Below, piece after piece: positions 1 to 9,659 of a stretch of 64,000 nt of DNA. A program made the translations under genes and the position numbers. The stretch lies in IMG/VR virus record IMGVR_UViG_2897358383_000002. One strand, given 5' to 3'. Below the pieces are notes generated by a model. The model did no database searches. It was given only the letters and a program-made list of their open reading frames with translations, and was not told where the DNA came from. The DNA comes from a virus (Duplodnaviria > Heunggongvirae > Uroviricota > Caudoviricetes). Position 1 is the stretch's first letter, and each line of letters starts with the position of its first letter.

Positions 1-363
1 TTCCCCAATATTGCGTTTCCTGGGGGCGCTGGCACCGAGAAAATGGTGCAGAGCATGATCAATGCATTGCAGGCCGAAGTCGGTGAGATTACTCAGCCAG
101 AACCGGCCACGGCACAGCCTGATGAAACGGTTAGCGAAGCAGATGCAGAGGCTAATAAAGCCATTGAATATCTCAATAACGTGATGGATATACAAAGCAC
201 TGACATGGCGGAGATCCGTAACGCCCGGGGCAATGTCCGGGAAGCGATTGCAGCCCTTCAGGCTGCCGGACGTTTTGAGGAAAACGAAGAGCTGGTTAAC
301 GGCGCAGCTCGCCACCTGGCTGATCTGTTGGTAGCAATCCAGAAAGCGGGGGTAGCGGCATGA
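1..363 (+). CDS. C-terminal part of a protein whose start lies upstream of the window; hypothetical, dar-operon neighbourhood
   Basis: ORF track 43..363; the same frame is open from nt 1; stop overlaps the next start. Confidence 0.4.
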   Translation, partial: FPNIAFPGGAGTEKMVQSMINALQAEVGEITQPEPATAQPDETVSEADAEANKAIEYLNNVMDIQSTDMAEIRNARGNVREAIAALQAAGRFEENEELVNGAARHLADLLVAIQKAGVAA

Positions 364-725
364 CACTATCAGCTATTGAGTTAATGGATCTCAGCGATAA
401 GTTGGATGCTCTGATGTCCAAAGCGGCTACCGCGAGTGGCATGGAGTTGCTGGATATCAGCGATGAAATTGACCAGATCATGCAACAGATGGGGTACGGT
501 GTGTCCGGCGGCAGTAGTGGCGAGGAAAAACAACCTTCGGTACATGATGGTGTGCCAAAACTGGTTGCTGATTTCCTGGCTGATAAATTCGTCGATCAGA
601 GCACCGATGCATTTATCGGTACCTTGCAGGATTTGAGTCAATATGTTGGCACATACATCGACCTGGACCAGGTTAAACAGCACACGGCGGCATGGATAGC
701 CGCCAACATTAAAGAGGCAGCATAA
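360..725 (+). CDS. hypothetical 121-aa protein, translationally coupled within the dar-type operon (possibly DdrA-like)
   Basis: ORF track; start overlaps upstream stop; position upstream of the large DdrB-like gene. Confidence 0.4.
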   Translation: MTLSAIELMDLSDKLDALMSKAATASGMELLDISDEIDQIMQQMGYGVSGGSSGEEKQPSVHDGVPKLVADFLADKFVDQSTDAFIGTLQDLSQYVGTYIDLDQVKQHTAAWIAANIKEAA

Positions 726-737
726 GGCGTAACAGGG

Positions 738-3725
738 ATGAGCTTAAGCGATCAGGTGGTAATGGCCACCAGCATAGAAACGCTGATCGAGCTGCTAAAG
801 AACCTGCCCGATTATGGGCGGGTTTCGTATGTGGTGACAGCGAAGGGAGACGAGGTAAAAACAGCGTTTGATATCGTCGATGCCTCAGCTCTTTTGGTAT
901 CCAATACTCTGGATGGGAAAATTAATCCTGACTATCCCCAGGAACTTCAGCCGCGCGACCGGACCCGCGCATCCAGCCTTCTTCAGGTTAACCAGATATC
1001 CAAAGATTTGCGGCCAGCTCAGCTTACTGATTCCGGTTTATCCAGCCATGGTGCGCCGATAATTGGTGAGGACAATGCCGTTGAGTCAGGTAATGGACGG
1101 ACCATGGGGATCATCAAAGCCTATCAGGACGGCAATGCGGATCGGTATCATGAGTACCTGATTGAACATGCGACCGAATTCGGCATACCTCCTGAAAAGG
1201 TTGAATCAATGACGGCTCCGGTACTGGTGCGCCGCCGGTTAACTAAGGTTGACCGCGTTCAGTTTGCCAAGGACTCAAATATTTCTGATCTTCAGGAAAT
1301 GGCAGCCAGTGAAAAAGCTTTTGTTGATGCCGACAGCATAACACCGGCGATGATGGCGCTTTTTAACCCGTCAGAAAGCGGAGATCTGCTTAGCCGCAGT
1401 AATGACGCGTTTATTCGCGGATTTATGACGCAAGTTGGTGCCACACAGGCGGCTGGCCTTGTAACTGAAGATGGGCGACCAACACGGCAACTTGTAGACC
1501 GTATACAAAACGCGATCTTTGCCAAGGCATATAAGGATGCGCGCCTGGTAAGGATGGTTGCAGAAGAACCTGATCCGGATATGCGTAATGTTCTGACGGC
1601 GCTTAATGCGGCAGCCAATGATTTTGTCCAGATGCAGGCTTTATCAGGAGAAGCGCACAAGCAGGCTGTGACAACTATTGTTGATGGCATTGAGACAGCA
1701 GATAGCCTCGATAAAATGGCGCTGGCGGCATTGAAAGATGCGGTAGACCTGGTAAGGCAATCGAAGGAGTCAGGCCAGCATATTACCGATGTTATTGCTC
1801 AGGGGGATATGTTCAGCGAAACGGCCCCGGAAGTGAAAGCACTCGCGTTGTTCATCGTCGCGAATAACCGTAGCGCGAAGCGTATGGCCACCGCCTTTAA
1901 GTTGATGGCTCAACGTATCAATGATGAGTTACAGCACCAGGGCCAGGCGCTGGGGGATATGTTTGGCGGCGGCGATGTGTCGTTACAGGATATCCTTCGC
2001 CAGGTGTCTCAGGAACTGGAAAACGAAGGCATGCAAGGGATATCCGGCGGTCTTTTCGAGTCCGTTTCCGGCGGTAGTTACAACGGTGTTGCTCCGTATA
2101 CCAGTTTGCTATTACATCGGGCATCCGGCATCAAAGACATTATTCATCTGATCAGGCTGCTTTCCCGCACAGATCCCCAGGATGAACAGCTTGTACAAGT
2201 GCTTGCGCATTTTGTTCGAATGCCTGTTGCCGACGTGAAAAAATGGTGCCGATTATTCGGTATCAGCAATTCGTTACTTCGCGGCTTGTTAAATCACGCA
2301 TCCTCCCTTGGGCGCGATGGCTTTGACGAGATAGCGCAGGCGATAAAAAACGGAGATATGCCACCAGCTATTGACTGGTTTTCCATTCGCCCAACCAGGG
2401 TGAAAGCATTCCTTAGCGCGGCGCATTCGGCATCACCATTGGCAGAAATGGTTCAGAGGTTGTCGCTCATATTCACAGACCATACCGCGTTGGGTGATCT
2501 GACTCTGGACGAGATGAAAGAAGCCTCCATTCAGTGGGCCGATCAACAAAATGAGGTTAACTCAGACTTCTTGCCAGCATTCAGGAAGGCCGTTAGTAAA
2601 GCGGATGATGCCCGTGGAATTCTGAAGGCATTTAAGGCATTGCAAAGTCGTGTTAATAAACATGTCGGTGATATCGATGGGGTAACGGCGGAAGGCCGGG
2701 ATATCCTTAAAGAGCACGGCATAACGCCAGAGTTTATTGATGAGATCAGGACTGATATGCAGCGTGAGGTCGTATCGTCCCTGCAAATCGTAGCCAGAGC
2801 GTTGGCGGATGCTAATCCGAAGAGTGCGGCCATTGTTAACCGGGTTATTGGTGATATTGAAGCATCGGAGGGCATGGGGGCGCTGAAACTCTTCCTTTCG
2901 CGAGCGTTTAATCCTAACGGCAATATTCTCCCTGGCATTATTGGTGAGGCTAAAAGGTATGTCAGTGAAGAAGAACTTGAGCAGCTTGACCAACTACTTA
3001 AGCGATTCTCATATAACCCGCAGACACGCTGGCAAATGAATCAGCAAAGTATGGGTTCGGTCCACGAGAAAGTGTTATCTGCCATGAACAGTGCGATTGC
3101 CAACTCATCCGTATCTGAAGAAAAAGCTCTTGAGTGGGCCGACTCTTTTATCACGGAAGAAGTGGAAGAAGCCCGCGCTGGACAGAATGGTGGAATAGAC
3201 CTGCGCAAGGAACTTGCTGATATTTATCGCCTGACCGGCGGGAAAATATCAACCTTATCAAGGGTAATTCACCACAAGGGTAGGGCGTATGCAAATCTTA
3301 ATGGTGTTGTTGCTGTCAATTTGAACGATGAAAATGCAAGTGCACTGTGGCACGAGCTGGGTCATCATCTTGAGTACAGTAACCCTGGTTTGTTAGAGAA
3401 AGCCCGGTCATTCCTGAAGGCCAATGTTGAAGGGGATAAGCCATCTTTCGTCAATATCGGTGGGCGTGGCAAGCCTGAATGGTGCTTCAGATCTCGATTG
3501 AGTAATATTTATATGGCGAAGGTATACCCGCCAGCCTCAGTAAGTAACACCGGGAAAATTCGGCAGAAATCACCGACTATTTCCAAAACGTCAGCAACGG
3601 AAGTATTCTCTATGGCTCTTCAGTTGTATCATGACAAAGAGGCCGCTGCCGCATCACTGATGAATGGTGACGGATTGCTGGAACTGTTATTAGGTGTGGC
3701 AAAGGAGCTAAATAATGCAGATTAA
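738..3725 (+). CDS. large 995-aa protein, DdrB-like by size and position; carries an HEXXH motif (HELGHH) and a possible ParB-like motif (QPRDRTRA) near the N-terminus
   Basis: ORF track; motifs read in translation; P1 darA-operon context recalled from memory. Confidence 0.5.
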   Translation: MSLSDQVVMATSIETLIELLKNLPDYGRVSYVVTAKGDEVKTAFDIVDASALLVSNTLDGKINPDYPQELQPRDRTRASSLLQVNQISKDLRPAQLTDSGLSSHGAPIIGEDNAVESGNGRTMGIIKAYQDGNADRYHEYLIEHATEFGIPPEKVESMTAPVLVRRRLTKVDRVQFAKDSNISDLQEMAASEKAFVDADSITPAMMALFNPSESGDLLSRSNDAFIRGFMTQVGATQAAGLVTEDGRPTRQLVDRIQNAIFAKAYKDARLVRMVAEEPDPDMRNVLTALNAAANDFVQMQALSGEAHKQAVTTIVDGIETADSLDKMALAALKDAVDLVRQSKESGQHITDVIAQGDMFSETAPEVKALALFIVANNRSAKRMATAFKLMAQRINDELQHQGQALGDMFGGGDVSLQDILRQVSQELENEGMQGISGGLFESVSGGSYNGVAPYTSLLLHRASGIKDIIHLIRLLSRTDPQDEQLVQVLAHFVRMPVADVKKWCRLFGISNSLLRGLLNHASSLGRDGFDEIAQAIKNGDMPPAIDWFSIRPTRVKAFLSAAHSASPLAEMVQRLSLIFTDHTALGDLTLDEMKEASIQWADQQNEVNSDFLPAFRKAVSKADDARGILKAFKALQSRVNKHVGDIDGVTAEGRDILKEHGITPEFIDEIRTDMQREVVSSLQIVARALADANPKSAAIVNRVIGDIEASEGMGALKLFLSRAFNPNGNILPGIIGEAKRYVSEEELEQLDQLLKRFSYNPQTRWQMNQQSMGSVHEKVLSAMNSAIANSSVSEEKALEWADSFITEEVEEARAGQNGGIDLRKELADIYRLTGGKISTLSRVIHHKGRAYANLNGVVAVNLNDENASALWHELGHHLEYSNPGLLEKARSFLKANVEGDKPSFVNIGGRGKPEWCFRSRLSNIYMAKVYPPASVSNTGKIRQKSPTISKTSATEVFSMALQLYHDKEAAAASLMNGDGLLELLLGVAKELNNAD

Positions 3726-4023
3726 AATCGCAGCGCCATTAGGTGGAGATGCCATTATCGAATTTGATGATAATGAAGAAGTTTCCGGGCGTTTAAGCAT
3801 TATCTCCGGTGACATTACCGAGGACATGATCGCTGAAGCCATAGCTGGAGCAAATCCCAATAGCTATATGGGATTCGTTAACACCCTTGATGCTCCCGCA
3901 AGTGATGTTCTCCGAACGCTGCATCTTTACGCTGGCTGGTTTGTTGATTGGCCAGCAGTAGATGGTGGCGATGAGGACGACGACGATGATTTGGGTGATC
4001 ATGTGGATCAGTTTGTATATTAG
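3715..4023 (+). CDS. hypothetical 102-aa protein with acidic C-terminal tail (DGGDEDDDDD)
   Basis: ORF track; overlaps the stop of the upstream gene. Confidence 0.4.
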   Translation: MQIKIAAPLGGDAIIEFDDNEEVSGRLSIISGDITEDMIAEAIAGANPNSYMGFVNTLDAPASDVLRTLHLYAGWFVDWPAVDGGDEDDDDDLGDHVDQFVY

Positions 4024-4229
4024 ATACTAACAGATCGTCTATGTGGCTAGAATCGTTCGAGTTTAGCGATTAACGGAAGTTCTGGTCGATTATGATTAGT
4101 GCATATTCATGCACAGGCACACAAAATCTGGAGATATTGATCAGCGTTTATGTATAGTTTGTAATATAAAAATCGCCTTGAACGGAGTTTGTGCGTTATG
4201 AGAATCAATCTTAACTCTGGAGTAAGATA

Positions 4230-4598
4230 GTGGACGCTTTGTCTGAGGTTTTCGTTAATAATTGGCTTCCTGGTATCTGCACATTTTTTTTAGGTATCTT
4301 TTATTCTAATATTGTTGAAAAAAAGAAACTTAAACAGAAGTTAAAGAATGATATTCTTGAGATATTCATTCCTGTATTTAACGCCGGAAATGAAATCTCC
4401 ATTGAAATTGCTGAGAATGCTTACAGGAATATGAATGGTACGTTTCAGTTGTACAAGAGAATATATCCAGGTATGTTCAACAAAGAAGCAGAGCGTGAGC
4501 TAGACCGACTACTAAAAGACGGTTTCCTCATAAATGGAGAGGTTAATAAGCATTACTTTGAACCAACTAATATTGAGAGCCTGATTAAAAGATTATAA
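4230..4598 (+). CDS. hypothetical 122-aa protein with N-terminal hydrophobic segment; GTG start; AT-rich islet
   Basis: ORF track; GGAG 9 nt upstream of GTG; TM-like stretch WLPGICTFFLGIFY; hairpin terminator follows. Confidence 0.4.
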   Translation: MDALSEVFVNNWLPGICTFFLGIFYSNIVEKKKLKQKLKNDILEIFIPVFNAGNEISIEIAENAYRNMNGTFQLYKRIYPGMFNKEAERELDRLLKDGFLINGEVNKHYFEPTNIESLIKRL

Positions 4599-4615
4599 CT
4601 CATTTACCACAGTTA

Positions 4616-4639
4616 AAACCCCGCTTCATTGCGGGGTTT
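4616..4639. terminator. hairpin aaaccccgc-ttcatt-gcggggttt between convergent genes
   Basis: perfect 9-bp stem seen in sequence; T-run on the minus-strand side. Confidence 0.5.
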
Positions 4640-4805
4640 GCATCATGCGCCAATAAAAGCTATTTATTCTGCGTCAAGTTGTAACATCTAATCCACTATT
4701 ATATATCGTTATGTTTGGCATATAACAGATAATTAAATGAATTATATCCAGATCTAATTTTATGCGGTTCTGGAACCCGGCTACGTACTATATAATAGAA
4801 AAAAA

Positions 4806-6260
4806 TCAGAGTCTATCAAAAATAGAGCCTTTTCTCGGTACAAATATTTTCTCATACAGTCGAGTAGCGTAATCATCTGTCATGCCTGAAACATAGTCGC
4901 AAATGACACGCATTTTTTTATCATCACCTTTTGCTTCCTCTTGATTATATTTCTTTCGAGTTTCTGTCGGGAGAAAACGTATTGGGTCATTTGCCAGTAC
5001 ATTGAATAGTTCCACAATCAGTTTCTGACCTTTGAACTCTAATAGTTGGACGTTTTCGTGCTGAATAACTTTGTTCCTAACCAGCTCAAAAATGGCTTTA
5101 CGTAACTCTTCTACCGCGGCAGGAAGTGCCACTTTATAGCGTAAAATTTTACTTTTGAAATCAGAGTTCTGCACTTCAAGCTTAACGCTAGTGATCATCA
5201 GATGAACAAGTGTCCCTATGCACTCCTTGCGTAGATAACTTTCGCCGAACAGTTTTTCAGCTACATCATCGGCTTTTAGATTAAACGAGTCGCATTGGCA
5301 AGCTGCAAATAAATGGGATTTGTCCTCGAAGTGCTCCTCCCACATTTTTTTGTCGATCATCTTCAGAGAAATTGCGTCTTCAAGATCATGGAGTGAGTAG
5401 GATATCTCATCAGCCAAGTCCATAATCGTTGTATCCAGTGCTTTATATATTGTTTCCTTGTGCTTATTCAACGCGGTAGTTTTTACCGTTTTGAATAACT
5501 TAACATCATCACTATCAAAAGGTTGGAGTGCGAATCTAACAGTGTTCTCCTCAGAGTCCAGGTAACATTTCGGGGGCTTAAATTCGGATGATTTAAACAA
5601 CCACTCATTGCTTCTTGGCTGTAACTGGCTGTAAGCCCTCTCATTGACGACCTCTGAATAGCTTGCTGGATATTTCAGTACGCCTAAAATAAGTCTACGG
5701 GTGGGATCCAGCCCATTGGTTTCGGTGTACTTATCCAGTTTGGAGAGTATACGCAGTGTCTGCCCGTTACCTTCAAAGCCGCCATAGGATCTCATGCAGT
5801 AGTTTAGTGCGACCTCACCACCATGACCGAAGGGGGGATGTCCTATATCATGAGCAAGGCAGATAGCCTGCATCAGGCTTGGGTCAGGTAAGAATTTACC
5901 CCCCTCATCTGTATCGCGCTTAGACAACTGAGACAAGATACCGCCGCCAATTTGCGCTACTTCCATAGAGTGAGTTAGCCGCGTACGGTAGAAATCGCTT
6001 TCGCCCAATCCCAACACCTGCGTCTTCGATTGTAATCTCCTAAAAGCGGAAGAGTGGATTAACCGGGAAAGATCACGTTCATACTCCGACCTTATCTCAT
6101 TCGGGCGGGTGGTATTGTACCCTTGACGCTCATACCAAGTATTTTCTTTGCAGTGTGTCATACGTGTTCCTTTGGGCAGGATAGAGCAAGTCGCCTGCTT
6201 AATTGCTGAAGAAAGAAATACAAATTTGTAACGCTGTGGATCTTCTTTATGCATCCACAA
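4806..6260 (-). CDS. dGTP triphosphohydrolase-like HD-domain protein (Dgt family), 484 aa
   Basis: motifs RTRLTHSMEVAQIGGG and LAHDIGHPPFGHGGE typical of dGTPases; AT-rich gene between backbone genes. Confidence 0.8.
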   Translation of the reverse strand: MWMHKEDPQRYKFVFLSSAIKQATCSILPKGTRMTHCKENTWYERQGYNTTRPNEIRSEYERDLSRLIHSSAFRRLQSKTQVLGLGESDFYRTRLTHSMEVAQIGGGILSQLSKRDTDEGGKFLPDPSLMQAICLAHDIGHPPFGHGGEVALNYCMRSYGGFEGNGQTLRILSKLDKYTETNGLDPTRRLILGVLKYPASYSEVVNERAYSQLQPRSNEWLFKSSEFKPPKCYLDSEENTVRFALQPFDSDDVKLFKTVKTTALNKHKETIYKALDTTIMDLADEISYSLHDLEDAISLKMIDKKMWEEHFEDKSHLFAACQCDSFNLKADDVAEKLFGESYLRKECIGTLVHLMITSVKLEVQNSDFKSKILRYKVALPAAVEELRKAIFELVRNKVIQHENVQLLEFKGQKLIVELFNVLANDPIRFLPTETRKKYNQEEAKGDDKKMRVICDYVSGMTDDYATRLYEKIFVPRKGSIFDRL

Positions 6261-6341
6261 TCAGTAAATATTGGATACTTGCAAGGTGCGCGAAACACTA
6301 AAGATTGTCAATTAATAATTAACACCTCTTATAGTTACTAG

Positions 6342-6369
6342 AAATAAAAATCCCCTGTATTAACAGGGG
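6342..6369 (-). terminator. rho-independent terminator downstream of ssb (cccctg-ttaata-cagggg followed by U-run on minus strand)
   Basis: hairpin plus T-run read on minus strand. Confidence 0.6.
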
Positions 6370-6409
6370 CCTGTGTATGAACTATTTACAAATAACTCAC
6401 AAGTTAACT

Positions 6410-6898
6410 CTAAAACGGAATATCGTCGTCAAAGTCCATTGGAGGTTCGTTATTGGCGCTGCTCTGAGGTTTGCCGCCACCGCTGTATTGCTGGTGGTTT
6501 TGAGGTTGGTTTGATTGCCCCCAGCCATTTGAGGACTGTGAATCGTCGCGGCGGGCGCCGATCATTTGCATAGTTCCGCCCTGGCTGACGATAATTTCCG
6601 TCGTGTAACGTTCTACACCGGCGTCATCTGTCCACTTACGGGTTTTAAGTTTCCCTTCGATGTAGACCTGAGAACCTTTTCGTAAATACTCACTCGCAAT
6701 TTCAGCAAGTTTCCCGAACAAAACGACTCTATGCCATTCTGTTTGCTCTTTCTGTTGGCCCGTTTGCTTGTCGCGCCATGATTCATTCGTTGCGATGCTG
6801 AGTCTTCCGACCGCTCCGCCATTTGGTATATACCTGATCTCCGGGTCTTGCCCCAGGGTACCAATCAGGATGACTTTGTTTACACCGCGTTGTGCCAC
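6410..6898 (-). CDS. ssb: single-stranded DNA-binding protein
   Basis: N-terminal OB-fold sequence [23 protein letters not shown]..., Gly/Gln-rich linker, C-terminal DDDIPF tail. Confidence 0.95.
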   Translation of the reverse strand: MAQRGVNKVILIGTLGQDPEIRYIPNGGAVGRLSIATNESWRDKQTGQQKEQTEWHRVVLFGKLAEIASEYLRKGSQVYIEGKLKTRKWTDDAGVERYTTEIIVSQGGTMQMIGARRDDSQSSNGWGQSNQPQNHQQYSGGGKPQSSANNEPPMDFDDDIPF

Positions 6899-6917
6899 TT
6901 ATCTTACCTAATAAAAT

Positions 6918-6934
6918 AAATTAATTAGAGCAAT
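6918..6934 (-). promoter_or_regulatory. C1 operator-like site (attgctctaattaattt, 16/17 to consensus) upstream of ssb
   Basis: match to P1 C1 operator consensus ATTGCTCTAATAAATTT. Confidence 0.6.
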
Positions 6935-7067
6935 AATGTATATCTTTGAAACGTAGCTAACAAGTGATTTGCATTATCCTGTGCCTTCTAAAGGGATCGA
7001 GTCAGTCGGTATTGGCTGTGAATGGGTGTTTGTCCTGGAGCGTAAAAAATTCGCTTATGAGGTCTTT

Positions 7068-7625
7068 ATGAAGGGAAAAACAGCCGCAGGAGGCGGTGCA
7101 ATTTGCGCTATCGCGGTGATGATTACCATCGTGATGGGTAATGGCAATGTGCGAACCAACCAGGCGGGGCTTGAGCTGATTGGTAACGCTGAAGGTTGCC
7201 GACGTGATCCATACATGTGCCCGGCGGGGGTATGGACTGACGGGATCGGTAATACACACGGGGTAACGCCGGGTGTGCGAAAAACCGACCAGCAAATCGC
7301 CGCTGATTGGGAAAAGAATATCCTGATCGCTGAACGCTGTATTAATCAGCACTTCCGGGGCAAAGACATGCCCGATAATGCCTTCAGTGCAATGACAAGC
7401 GCGGCATTCAATATGGGATGCAATAGCTTACGGACCTACTACAGCAAAGCGCGAGGCATGCGAGTAGAAACGTCCATCCACAAGTGGGCGCAGAAAGGGG
7501 AATGGGTGAATATGTGTAACCATCTCCCTGATTTCGTGAACAGTAACGGCGTGCCCCTGCGAGGTTTAAAGATTCGCCGTGAAAAAGAACGCCAGCTTTG
7601 CCTGACGGGGCTTGTCAATGAATAA
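7068..7625 (+). CDS. lyz: SAR endolysin, T4-lysozyme-like (P1 Lyz-like), 185 aa
   Basis: start moved to MKGKTAAGGGAICAIAVMITIV (signal-anchor-release helix) with GAGG RBS; lysozyme core follows. Confidence 0.85.
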   Translation: MKGKTAAGGGAICAIAVMITIVMGNGNVRTNQAGLELIGNAEGCRRDPYMCPAGVWTDGIGNTHGVTPGVRKTDQQIAADWEKNILIAERCINQHFRGKDMPDNAFSAMTSAAFNMGCNSLRTYYSKARGMRVETSIHKWAQKGEWVNMCNHLPDFVNSNGVPLRGLKIRREKERQLCLTGLVNE

Positions 7626-7866
7626 ACTCCGGCAGCTCCGCCGACTTTCGACAATGAAGTTATCGCTGGCGGCGATAGTTTTTGACTCGATTTTCATGGC
7701 GGTATATGTGCTCAATGAGACGTGGCCACTGGAACCGCTATTGTATGCCGGGCTTCGGCTGTGCCTGACATTTTTGAGCATGGCTGCGAGATTGATGCAG
7801 CAGAAAGAAACCGCTTCAGATTGTCCACGCCGCGCGGTGCGCAAATATATGGCACGAAGGCGATAA
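7612..7866 (+). CDS. hypothetical 84-aa protein with hydrophobic segment, immediately upstream of the IS200 left end
   Basis: ORF track only. Confidence 0.25.
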   Translation: MSMNKLRQLRRLSTMKLSLAAIVFDSIFMAVYVLNETWPLEPLLYAGLRLCLTFLSMAARLMQQKETASDCPRRAVRKYMARRR

Positions 7867-7874
7867 TAGTTAAC

Positions 7875-8585
7875 GAGAACCCCGGCAGCTGCCGGGGTTA
7901 TTTTTGTGCACAGAAAACCCCCAGCTAGGCTGGGGGTTCCGGAAAGCTTTCAGCTTTAAGCCAGTTATTAAAACCCCTTTTGATTTGTTAAAACACCTTG
8001 CGGTCTGGCAACTGCAAGTGTCAAACAAGAAATCAAAAGGGGGTCCCAATGGGGAACGAAAAGAGCTTAGCGCACACCCGATGGAACTGTAAATATCACA
8101 TAGTTTTTGCGCCAAAATACCGAAGACAGGTGTTCTACAGAGAGAAGCGTAGAGCAATAGGCAGTATTTTGAGAAAGCTGTGTGAGTGGAAAAGTGTACG
8201 GATTCTGGAAGCTGAATGCTGTGCAGATCATATCCATATGCTTGTGGAGATCCCGCCCAAAATGAGCGTATCCGGCTTTATGGGATATCTGAAAGGGAAA
8301 AGCAGTCTGATGCTTTACGAGCAGTTTGGTGATTTGAAATTCAAATACAGGAACAGGGAGTTCTGGTGCAGAGGGTACTACGTCGATACGGTGGGTAAGA
8401 ACACGGCGAAGATACAGGATTACATAAAGCACCAGCTTGAAGAGGATAAAATGGGAGAGCAGTTATCGATTCCCTATCCGGGCAGCCCGTTTACGGGCCG
8501 TAAGTAACGAAGTTGGATGCAAATGTCAGATCGTGTGCGCCTGTTAGGGCGCGGCTGGTAAGAGAGCCTTATAGGCGCATTTGAA
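7875..8585 (+). mobile_element. IS200-like insertion sequence (boundaries approximate)
   Basis: left-end perfect palindrome aaccccggcagctgccggggtt and a second stem-loop before the RBS; tnpA inside; about 710 bp. Confidence 0.6.
8049..8507 (+). CDS. tnpA: IS200 Y1 (HUH) transposase TnpA, 152 aa
   Basis: MGNEKSLAHTRWNCKYHIVFAPKYRR...HIHMLVEIPPK matches IS200 TnpA as I recall it; start moved to internal ATG at 8049. Confidence 0.9.
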   Translation: MGNEKSLAHTRWNCKYHIVFAPKYRRQVFYREKRRAIGSILRKLCEWKSVRILEAECCADHIHMLVEIPPKMSVSGFMGYLKGKSSLMLYEQFGDLKFKYRNREFWCRGYYVDTVGKNTAKIQDYIKHQLEEDKMGEQLSIPYPGSPFTGRK

Positions 8586-8588
8586 AAA

Positions 8589-8607
8589 CCTCCGGCTATG
8601 CCGGAGG
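8589..8607 (-). terminator. hairpin cctccggc-tat-gccggagg with U-run on minus strand, downstream of the putative protease gene
   Basis: 8-bp stem plus tttttc on minus strand. Confidence 0.5.
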
Positions 8608-8621
8608 ATATTTATTGGTGG

Positions 8622-9641
8622 TTATTTAAACGGATTGATTGAATTATTAAACGTGATGATGCTTGTCTCACGCGGTGCCTGGACGTTAGCCGCTTGCGGA
8701 ACCTCCTTAATTTTCTTGGTGACAGGCAAGTTGCGTGCGCCAACTTTGATCAGAGATTCGAAAAGTGTGGCAACGATTTTTGCATCACCAGGTTCTTTGA
8801 GGCGGAATGCGTCTTTTTGGGCGGCGGAGACGAAGATCGGGAGGTTATCCAGTTCGTCTTGCATTGCTGCCAGCACATCGTCGCGGATACCCGCTGTTTC
8901 CTCCAGCAAAGCGATTCGCGCTTCAGCATCTGCGATCTTGGCCATTGCTTCGAGGTGGCGGCCCTGGCTTTCGAGTAGTGCAGTTTCCAGTTCTGCCGTA
9001 CGCTCTGTCGCCTCCACCATCATTTCCAGTTCAGCCATTTTGCCGTAATGGGATATAACGGCCTGCACTGACTCGTCGGAGTACCCATGCGCCGCCAGGG
9101 ACTCTGCCAGTAAAGATTTAGAATCCGCGCTTTCAAACATTCCGGCGCTGGCAGGATGATCCAGACTGATATAGTTCGGCGTTGTCACATAATCCACACC
9201 ATGGAAGCTGGTGGTTACAGCGATTTTCCCGGACTCACGCCCGCCAGTGGCCCAGCTCCAGCCACCAGCTCGGCTTTCGATCATCGCGGCGACAATTTTA
9301 CCCGGCTCTGTGTTAAGAATTTCCTGTGTATGGGTAACGATGCCGTTGTCGTCAACGGATATAGCCACTGTGCGGCACGCTGGAACATTGTCGATTACGA
9401 CCGGGCGACCTTCCACCATGATTACGCTGGTTTCTGGTACTTCCAGTTTGCCGGTCAGCTGTCGGCGACCGTGACCGTAATAGCCGAAAAGCTCTCCAAG
9501 GCGTAAACCTTCCTGAGTTTCCTTGCTTTCAAGCATGGTCTTAACCGCGCTTAATACATACTGTCGCCCGTTCTGGCGACCTTTTCGAGCATTGCTATAG
9601 AGACAAAAGCGGTCAGTGACCGTTTTCAAAACATCAGTCAT
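8622..9641 (-). CDS. putative head maturation protease/scaffold (Pro-like), 339 aa, with C-terminal coiled-coil
   Basis: ORF track; position next to portal-like gene and darB as in P1 (from memory); no diagnostic motif confirmed. Confidence 0.4.
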   Translation of the reverse strand: MTDVLKTVTDRFCLYSNARKGRQNGRQYVLSAVKTMLESKETQEGLRLGELFGYYGHGRRQLTGKLEVPETSVIMVEGRPVVIDNVPACRTVAISVDDNGIVTHTQEILNTEPGKIVAAMIESRAGGWSWATGGRESGKIAVTTSFHGVDYVTTPNYISLDHPASAGMFESADSKSLLAESLAAHGYSDESVQAVISHYGKMAELEMMVEATERTAELETALLESQGRHLEAMAKIADAEARIALLEETAGIRDDVLAAMQDELDNLPIFVSAAQKDAFRLKEPGDAKIVATLFESLIKVGARNLPVTKKIKEVPQAANVQAPRETSIITFNNSINPFK

Positions 9642-9659
9642 TATATTGCCCTCCAGCTA

